From: a bacterium
Lineage (GTDB): Bacteria; UBA8248; JACPRG01; G963555815
Direction of reading: 5' to 3'
Assembly: GCA_965218795.1 (NCBI GenBank)
Contig: OZ244653.1
Location: 3,584,001 to 3,648,000, forward strand
Length of the DNA stretch: 64,000 nt
Shown: one piece after another, positions 58,490-64,000 of the stretch
How positions within the stretch are numbered: the stretch's first letter is position 1
Layout: every line of letters starts with the position of its first letter
Made by a program: the position numbers and the translations under genes
The notes under the pieces: generated by a model
What the model saw: only the letters and a program-made list of their open reading frames with translations
Databases searched by the model: none
What the model was told of the DNA's origin: nothing

Positions 58490-60061
58490 ATGAATAAGGA
58501 GCGATTTCCGCTGGTCGTCGGATCCCTGGGGATCCTGCTTTTCTTGATTGGGATCTTCGGGGGCGCCATCGAAGGGCGATTCGGACTGCTCTTTCTCACC
58601 CTTGTGCTGGTGGGTCTGGCCCTGTTCCTGGTTTTCCTGTACCTGGCCGGGACCATCGTGCGCGTCTGGATGAACCGGCGGTCCACGCGGTACGGCACGA
58701 ATCTGGCCGTCATGGCCCTGGTGGCCTTCGCCGTCGCCATCTTCATCGAGACCCTCTCCTACAGTCATTACAAACAGTTCGACGTGACCGGGGACCGGCT
58801 GAATTCCCTGTCCGCGCAGACCCTCCAGATTTTGAAAGGGCTGGAGAAGGACGACGAGAAAGTCCAGGTCGTGGCCTTCGTCCGTGACAGCGATCGAAAG
58901 GGGTATCAAGACCTGCTGGACCTGTACGCCTATGTCACCGACCGCTTCCAATACGAAATGGTCGATCTGGACAAGAACCCACTGCTGGCCAAGAAGTTCG
59001 ATGTCCGGGCGTACGGCACGCTGGTCTTTGAATCGGGCGAGAACCGCCAGAAGGTGGAGCTCGCCACCGAGCAAAACATGGCCAACGCGATCCTCAAGGT
59101 GACCCGGACGGCCAAGAAAACCGTCTATTTTCTGAAAGGCCACGGCGAGGGGGACATCAGCAGCACGGAGAAAGACGGCTTTTCCCAGGCCAAACGGGCC
59201 ATCGAGCTCGAGAACATGGTAGCGAAGGACCTGGTCCTTCTTCGGGCCAACGTCGTCCCGAAGGACGCCTCCGTCGTCGTCCTTGCCGGACCCCGAAAGG
59301 CCATCACCGAAACCGAGCAGAAGATGCTGGACGATTATGTCCGCAAACGCTCGGGAAGCCTTCTCCTGCTCATCGACCCGCAGACGGATTCCAGGCTGGG
59401 GACTTTCCTGAAGCCTTACGGAATCGTTCTCTCCGGTGACATCATCGTGGACCGGCTGAGCCGGCTGTTCGGAGCCAGTGAGCTGACGCCCGTCGTAACC
59501 CAGTATGCCAAGCACAAAATCACGGAGGGATTCAACTCGGCCTCGTTTTTCCCCCTGGCGCGGTCCGTGCAGATTGCCGGGAAAGACGAGCTCCCCAAAA
59601 AGGCGAAGGCCGAAATCCTGGCCCTGACGGGGCCGGGGAGCTGGGCGGAGACCGATCTGGAGAAGCTGGGAAAGGGGGAGGCCGAGCTGGATGAGGAAGA
59701 GGAACTGAAGGGGCCGATCCCCGTCGGCGTCGTTGTCGAGTATGAGACCAAAGAGGCGAATCCTTCAGAGGGCGATCTCGGCCAGCGGGCCCGGCTTGCG
59801 GTCTTCGGAAACTCGCGGTTCGCCAGCAACGAGGTGCTGGGCGCCTCGGGAAACCGGGATCTGTTCATGAACAGTCTGAGCTGGCTCGCCCAGCAGGAAG
59901 ACCTCATTTCCATCCGTCCCCGGGCGCGGCAGGGAAGCGGACCCATTTTCCTGTCGGCCGCTCAATCGCGCGCCATCTTGATCATTCCAGTGTTCGTCCT
60001 GCCGGGGCTGGTCCTGTTGTCCGGGGCGGCCGTGTATCTCCGGAGGAGAAAGAAGCATTGA
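58490..60061 (+). CDS. GldG-family ABC auxiliary protein
   Basis: FDVTGDRLNSLSAQT, VYFLKGHGE, NRDLFMNSLSWL; N- and C-terminal TMs. Confidence 0.88.
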   Translation: MNKERFPLVVGSLGILLFLIGIFGGAIEGRFGLLFLTLVLVGLALFLVFLYLAGTIVRVWMNRRSTRYGTNLAVMALVAFAVAIFIETLSYSHYKQFDVTGDRLNSLSAQTLQILKGLEKDDEKVQVVAFVRDSDRKGYQDLLDLYAYVTDRFQYEMVDLDKNPLLAKKFDVRAYGTLVFESGENRQKVELATEQNMANAILKVTRTAKKTVYFLKGHGEGDISSTEKDGFSQAKRAIELENMVAKDLVLLRANVVPKDASVVVLAGPRKAITETEQKMLDDYVRKRSGSLLLLIDPQTDSRLGTFLKPYGIVLSGDIIVDRLSRLFGASELTPVVTQYAKHKITEGFNSASFFPLARSVQIAGKDELPKKAKAEILALTGPGSWAETDLEKLGKGEAELDEEEELKGPIPVGVVVEYETKEANPSEGDLGQRARLAVFGNSRFASNEVLGASGNRDLFMNSLSWLAQQEDLISIRPRARQGSGPIFLSAAQSRAILIIPVFVLPGLVLLSGAAVYLRRRKKH

Positions 60062-61866
60062 ACGTTCGTCTGACCGCAACCCTGGCCGTCGTCCTGGCCG
60101 TTCTGATCACCGCCTACGTCTGGTCACTCCGCGTGGACGAGGAGCGGAAAGAAGCCGAGAAGCGGGAGGCCAAAGTTGTCCGGATCGATTCCGACAAGGT
60201 CGTGGCCATCGACCTGCGCCCGGCGAAGGATCAAGACAAAGCCTCAGCGCCGCTCTCACTGATCAAGGAAGGCGGCGTCTGGCGTCTCACCGTGCCGCTG
60301 AAGCTGCGGGCGGACTCCAGGGCGGTCGATGATATTCTCAGCTCCATCGGGGAGATACGGAGGAGCCGGGTCATACAGGAATCCGCTGAGGATATCTCCG
60401 CCTTCGGGCTGAAGCCGGCCAAGCTCACGGTTCAGTACAAGCTGGATGGCGGGGAGCAGGGCAAGCTGCTGTTCGGCGAAGAGAGCCCCTCGGGCGAGGG
60501 CGTGTACGCCGCGGTCGAGGGAAGAAGCACGGTCTACCTCCTCTCCAAGCGCGCCCGCAGCCCCTTTGAGAAGTCCCTCTATCAAGTCCGAGACAAGACC
60601 GTTCTCCGCCGCCCGCGCGGGGAAATCGGGCAAATCATCTTCGAGCGGGATGGGAAGCGGTATTCCCTCCGAAAGGCGGGCCCGGACAAGTGGGACATGG
60701 TCGAACCCGTCGCGGCGCCGGGGAATATCGAGACGGCCAACTACGCGCTGGGCCTGACCGTTCAAGGCAAAGTCCAGAAGTTCGTCAAGGAAAACCCGAC
60801 CGCTGAGGATTTGAAGAAGTTCGGCCTGGATCCCCCCAAGATTCGGATGACCCTCGCGGACAAGGACGGGAAGAACCCGGACGTCTTCATTATCGGCGGT
60901 CAGGAGGAGGGTACGAAGAACTATTACGCCCGCAAGGAAGGAAGCGGCCCCTTGTTCACGCTGGAGCGGTTCAGCGTGGAGGACCTGCCCAAGAAGCCGT
61001 TGGAGGCCCGCAAGCGTTGGATCTTCGATTTCGAGAAGGAGTCCGTCGTCAAGGTGGAGCTCGAAAGCCCTGCCGGGAAGGTCACCATTCGGCAACTGGG
61101 CAAGAAGGATGAGTGGGAAGTCGAGGGCGCCGACGGCAAGCTGCCGGGCAATGACCGCCGAATCAGCGATATGCTCTGGGACATCAAGTACGCAAAGATC
61201 GCACACTTCTACGATGAAGGCTCCGACAAGCCGGACACATCGCTGGTCGATCGGGTCACTCGAAAGGTCGCCCTGTACGTCGAGGGCCGGGAAGACAAAC
61301 CGCTCCGTTTCACCGTCGGGCAGCAGGGCCCTTCCGACCCTGCCCAGAAAGATGAAGAGGACCGGGAGCGGTGGTATGCCCGCAGGAATGCAGACGGCAA
61401 AATGTTTCTTCTGACCCGGGACAGTGTCAACCGGATCAGCAAAGGGGTATGGGATTTTCAGGAGCGAAAGGCCCTGAGCTTCGGCTACCAGGACGTTGCG
61501 AAGCTGGATTTCATCTATCCGAAGGAAAAGGTGGAAATCGAAAAGGATGGCCGCCGGTGGAAGATGGTCAAACCGCTGGATGAGATCGCCGTCGGTGACA
61601 AACTGGACTTTATTCTCAACGAGATTCATTTCATGGAATTCGAAAAGATCGTCAAAGACGAAAAACCCGATTTTGCCTCCGTGGATCTTGGGTTGCGCGT
61701 CACGTTGAAGGATGGGAAGAAACTCCCGCTGCTCCGGCTCGTTCGAGACAGGGAAAAGAAGATCGCCTACGTCAGCCGCGGGAAAGAATCCAGGGTGTAC
61801 GAGATCGAGGACCGGTTCCTCGACAATGTTCCCAAGAGCTACAAGGGATTCCTCGCCAAGGAGTGA
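60058..61866 (+). CDS. DUF4340 domain protein with about three repeats
   Basis: N-terminal TM; repeated W-x-[LM]..P, FGLxP and Y-A-R units. Confidence 0.8.
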   Translation: MNVRLTATLAVVLAVLITAYVWSLRVDEERKEAEKREAKVVRIDSDKVVAIDLRPAKDQDKASAPLSLIKEGGVWRLTVPLKLRADSRAVDDILSSIGEIRRSRVIQESAEDISAFGLKPAKLTVQYKLDGGEQGKLLFGEESPSGEGVYAAVEGRSTVYLLSKRARSPFEKSLYQVRDKTVLRRPRGEIGQIIFERDGKRYSLRKAGPDKWDMVEPVAAPGNIETANYALGLTVQGKVQKFVKENPTAEDLKKFGLDPPKIRMTLADKDGKNPDVFIIGGQEEGTKNYYARKEGSGPLFTLERFSVEDLPKKPLEARKRWIFDFEKESVVKVELESPAGKVTIRQLGKKDEWEVEGADGKLPGNDRRISDMLWDIKYAKIAHFYDEGSDKPDTSLVDRVTRKVALYVEGREDKPLRFTVGQQGPSDPAQKDEEDRERWYARRNADGKMFLLTRDSVNRISKGVWDFQERKALSFGYQDVAKLDFIYPKEKVEIEKDGRRWKMVKPLDEIAVGDKLDFILNEIHFMEFEKIVKDEKPDFASVDLGLRVTLKDGKKLPLLRLVRDREKKIAYVSRGKESRVYEIEDRFLDNVPKSYKGFLAKE

Positions 61867-61998
61867 CCGCCTGGCTTGCGGTTTTCAAGGAGCTTTCAGG
61901 AAAGGAACCCTTGAGCTTTCCCGCGGGAATTCCCCCGAATGAAAACGGCGGAACTTCCGAAAAGAATAGAAAGGAACTGGGATTCTTTTGAGTGGGGC

Positions 61999-62027
61999 TT
62001 GTCGGACCAGACGGGAAGTTATATATT
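61999..62027 (+). promoter_or_regulatory. Sigma70-type promoter
   Basis: TTGTCG-N17-TATATT. Confidence 0.5.
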
Positions 62028-62127
62028 TTCCTGAGTCGGGTTCGGAGGCATGATGGAGAAGCCAGCCGGTTTCTTCAAGAATGCAGGGTCGACAACCTAG
62101 TGTCTGAGAGGGAAAGGAAGCCAAACC

Positions 62128-62613
62128 ATGTGGGATGGGCTGAAACCTGGACCTCAATATGAGCAATTGAGCCAAGCCATCATCCAGGCCATTCTCTCCT
62201 CGTCGGAGGTTCAGGCCCTGGTGGCGGATCTTCACGAGAAGGGCGGTCTCGAAGCGGAAGACATCGTCGCCTTGGCCCTGCGCTTCCCGCCGCAGGGGGG
62301 GCTGGAGGCCAAGGTTGAACTCATGCGACGGAGCGAAGGCGAAGAATCCGGGGAGCCGGTGGAAGAGGAAGCGGGCGCGATGGATCTGGAAGAAGAATTC
62401 TCCGGGCAGGACACCGATTCCGGGTTCAAGCCCAGGGGCTCCATGAATTCCCGATCGCCGAACGAAATCGCTTTTGAGAATTTCCTCCGAGATCGGTTCG
62501 ACAGCGAGGCCTGGATGAAGAAGGTAGGCATCCGGTTTTTAAAGGGGAAAGATTCAGGGATTTTTCTCAACGAAGGAGAATCCCCGATGGAGGAATCGGA
62601 GCAACCCGGCTGA
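62128..62613 (+). CDS. Acidic hypothetical protein
   Basis: 161-aa ORF with RBS AAGGAAG, its own promoter and a terminator. Confidence 0.6.
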   Translation: MWDGLKPGPQYEQLSQAIIQAILSSSEVQALVADLHEKGGLEAEDIVALALRFPPQGGLEAKVELMRRSEGEESGEPVEEEAGAMDLEEEFSGQDTDSGFKPRGSMNSRSPNEIAFENFLRDRFDSEAWMKKVGIRFLKGKDSGIFLNEGESPMEESEQPG

Positions 62614-62658
62614 AGGCAATCTGCGCCAAACCGAGCGTTGACGATATTAAGAGACGAT

Positions 62659-62694
62659 ATAAGAAAGGGACCCGGATCCGGGTCCCTTTCTTAT
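62659..62694. terminator. Perfect 36-bp palindrome, bidirectional terminator
   Basis: ATAAGAAAGGGACCCGGATCCGGGTCCCTTTCTTAT between convergent genes. Confidence 0.85.
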
Positions 62695-62747
62695 TGCGCG
62701 AATCTGTTGCAAGGCGATCGCGAGAGCGCCGCGCCCGTCCCCGAATG

Positions 62748-63092
62748 CTATTTCTGGACGACGATCCTTCCCTCCATCGAAGGATGGATGGAGCAGTTGT
62801 ACGTGTACTCCCCGGGATTGGCAAACGTGATTTTCATATTCCGCCCCTGGCTGAGAGATTCGGTGTCGAACGCTCCCTTTGCCGCCCGGGTTGCGGTGTG
62901 CGGGACATCGTCCCGGTTGACAAAAAGCACCGTATCTCCGGCCTTGATTGTCAAACTCGCCGGGGAGAAGGCGAAATTCGCAATGATGACCCTGTGCTCA
63001 GCCGCTCCGGACGGGGAAGCCAGCCCCATCAGCAGGCACAGGCAGACCGCCGCCATTCCCATCAATCCCGAGACGAACCTCTTGTTTCGCAT
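62748..63092 (-). CDS. Secreted cupredoxin (amicyanin/plastocyanin-like)
   Basis: Signal peptide, FAFSPASLTIKAGDTV, PHT, YNCSIHPSM type-1 Cu ligands. Confidence 0.9.
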   Translation of the reverse strand: MRNKRFVSGLMGMAAVCLCLLMGLASPSGAAEHRVIIANFAFSPASLTIKAGDTVLFVNRDDVPHTATRAAKGAFDTESLSQGRNMKITFANPGEYTYNCSIHPSMEGRIVVQK

Positions 63093-63266
63093 CTCCGTTA
63101 GCCCCTGATCGGAGGTTTCGTTTTCAGGCGGCTGTGGGCCGCCCTGTTGAGGCAGCTTCATTCCGCGAACGTTTCAAGGGAAACTTTATTCCTCGCCTCG
63201 CGAGGACAAATCCGGCCAGGAAAAAGTTCGCTTCTCTTGATGAGTCCGGCGATTCCTCCGGCCGCG

Positions 63267-64000
63267 TCAGACCGTGACGGCCCCCTCCGACGCCGAGGAG
63301 ACAAGCTTGGCGTACTTCGCCATCACCCCGCTGGTGTAATGGGGCTCGGGCGGAGCCCACGCATTCAGGCGGGATTGGATCTCCTCATCGGAGAGCGCTA
63401 CCGAAAGCTTGCGGTTGGGCACGTCGAAATGGATGGTGTCGTCGTCCCGGACCGCCGCAATCGGGCCGCCGTTGGCTGCTTCGGGGGCAACGTGACCCGC
63501 CATCAACCCGTGGGTCGCGCCCGAGAACCGTCCGTCCGTCAAGAGCGCGACGGATTCGCCCAGTCCCTCCCCGATCAAAGCCGCGGTGACGGCGAGCATC
63601 TCGCGCATGCCTGGGCCTCCTTTGGGGCCCTCGTACCGGATGACCATGACGTCCCCGGGCCGGATCTCCTGGCGGGTGACCGCCGCAAAGGCGTCCTCCT
63701 CCCGATCGAACACGCGCGCCGGTCCTTCGTGGGTCAGCTTTTTCTTTCCGGCGATCTTCATGATGCAGCCATCGGGGGTCAGGTTGCCCTTCAGGACGAC
63801 GAGACCTCCGTTTTGCGCGAGCGGCGCGTCCAGGGAAGCCACCACGTCCTGCCCCGGGGTCTCCTCGGCGCCCCGGGCCTCCTCCCCGATGGTTCGGCCG
63901 CTGACGGTCATCTCGTTTTCGTTCAGAACGCCCGCGTCGAGCAGCCTCCTGGCGATCAATGCGGTTCCGCCCGCGGCGAACATGTCCGTGGCGACGTACC
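63267..64000 (-). CDS. ilvD: Dihydroxy-acid dehydratase, C-terminal part (truncated by window)
   Basis: [35 protein letters not shown]. Confidence 0.95.
   Translation of the reverse strand, partial: YVATDMFAAGGTALIARRLLDAGVLNENEMTVSGRTIGEEARGAEETPGQDVVASLDAPLAQNGGLVVLKGNLTPDGCIMKIAGKKKLTHEGPARVFDREEDAFAAVTRQEIRPGDVMVIRYEGPKGGPGMREMLAVTAALIGEGLGESVALLTDGRFSGATHGLMAGHVAPEAANGGPIAAVRDDDTIHFDVPNRKLSVALSDEEIQSRLNAWAPPEPHYTSGVMAKYAKLVSSASEGAVTV

Overview
GC-rich bacterial chromosome segment made up mostly of housekeeping genes. Its gene content suggests a Nitrospinota/Tectomicrobia- or deltaproteobacterial-like lineage, which is inference only. In order it holds: the end of a PotD/B/C-type ABC operon; a low-GC secreted C1q/TNF-like protein; a radical SAM enzyme; a DEAD-box helicase; a full isc operon (iscR-S-U-A-hscB-hscA-fdx-iscX) with a clear IscR operator; moaA under a Moco-family riboswitch; a deleted type III R-M remnant; folD-xseAB-ispA-dxs-tlyA; addBA; rlmN-coaD-aspC; a GG-reductase and methyltransferase pair; ilvE; an archaeal-style glmU-glmS-glmM-glmU' cluster; pcrA; an orphan gatC; a NitT/TauT ABC transporter; degP-ferritin-like-dacZ-groEL preceded by a CIRCE box; gldAFG-DUF4340; a cupredoxin; and partial ilvD. 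The main leads are: (1) the radical SAM gene probably reads through UGA to a penultimate selenocysteine (…YQ-U-A-stop), with a SECIS-like hairpin in the 3' UTR; (2) a CIRCE-preceded gene run that may put a DacZ-type diadenylate cyclase under HrcA heat-shock control; (3) an unannotated ~245-nt multi-hairpin transcript downstream of iscX; (4) a P3-less (tungsten-cofactor-type) riboswitch with a terminator platform. All calls are by eye and no database searches were run.
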